A stretch of DNA of 6,081 nt, taken from IMG/VR virus record IMGVR_UViG_2645727640_000005, positions 1-6,081 of that record; one strand, given 5' to 3'. The notes under the pieces were generated by a model. That model was given only the letters and a program-made list of their open reading frames with translations, had not been told where the DNA came from and ran no database searches. The translations under genes were made by a program, and so were the position numbers. This document shows, piece by piece, positions 5,831 to 6,081 of the stretch (position 1 is the first letter of the stretch; the number at the start of each line of letters is the position of its first letter). This stretch comes from a virus (lineage: Duplodnaviria; Heunggongvirae; Uroviricota; Caudoviricetes).

Positions 5831-5852
5831 AGCCGCCTGATGGCGGTTTTTT
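5831..5852 (+). terminator. putative intrinsic terminator upstream of xis
   Basis: CCGCC (5833..5837), loop TGAT, GGCGG (5842..5846), extendable by A-T and G-T pairs, followed by TTTTTT (5847..5852). Confidence 0.5.
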
Positions 5853-5879
5853 CTTGCGTGTAATTGCGGAGACTTTGCG

Positions 5880-6081
5880 ATGTACTTGACACTTCAGGAG
5901 TGGAACGCTCGCCAGCGACGCCCAAGAAGCCTTGAAACAGTTCGTCGATGGGTGCGCGAATGCAGGATATTCCCTCCTCCGGTTAAGGATGGCAGAGAGT
6001 ATCTGTTCCACGAATCAGCGGTAAAGGTTGACTTAAATCGACCAGTAACAGGTAGCCTTTTGAAGAGGATCAGAAATGGGA
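5880..6081 (+). CDS. xis: Xis excisionase, 5' partial (first 67 codons; runs off window end)
   Basis: ATG 5880 with GGAG 8 nt upstream. Translation MYLTLQEWNARQRRPRSLETVRRWVRECRIFPPPVKDGREYLFHESAVKVDLNRPVTGSLLKRIRNG matches lambda Xis (72 aa) as recalled. It is absent from the ORF track because no stop lies within the window. Confidence 0.9.
   Translation, partial: MYLTLQEWNARQRRPRSLETVRRWVRECRIFPPPVKDGREYLFHESAVKVDLNRPVTGSLLKRIRNG

Noticed and set aside
5048-6011. ORFs 5048..5407 (-), 5439..5840 (+), 5567..5800 (-) and 5772..6011 (-)
   Set aside because: Overlap the DUF551 gene, the zinc-ribbon gene, the terminator or xis. The 5439..5840 frame reads straight through the terminator hairpin. 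Judged spurious.
1-6081. Searched for CRISPR repeats, IS or transposon terminal inverted repeats, tRNA/rRNA and attP-like core
   Set aside because: No regularly spaced direct repeats, no transposase-like ORF, and no tRNA-like structure were seen. attP would lie beyond int, outside the window.

Overview
This window is the leftward early (pL) operon of a lambda-like phage or prophage, read left to right on the + strand: a cIII 3' remnant, kil, gam, bet, exo, an orf60a-like ORF, then an accessory module, then the 5' end of xis running off the window. The recombination genes match lambda Kil, Gam, Bet, Exo and Xis closely as I recall those proteins; no search was run. Between exo and xis, where lambda carries orf63/orf61/ea22/ea8.5, this window instead has about 3.5 kb of mosaic cargo. 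That cargo is an orphan phage Dam-family N6-adenine methyltransferase, possible small peptides, a 71-aa hypothetical, and a tightly coupled chain of four genes (TraR/DksA-type zinc finger, Ead/Ea22-like coiled-coil protein, a 171-aa protein with a PD-(D/E)xK nuclease-like motif, a DUF551-type protein), followed by a 59-aa zinc-ribbon protein. No recognisable known defence system, rRNA, tRNA, CRISPR array or IS element was seen. The most plausible place for an undescribed function is the coupled chain and the methyltransferase plus hydrophobic peptide pair, but this is inference from gene context and short motifs only. All plausible genes are on the + strand; minus-strand ORFs in the track look like antisense artefacts.
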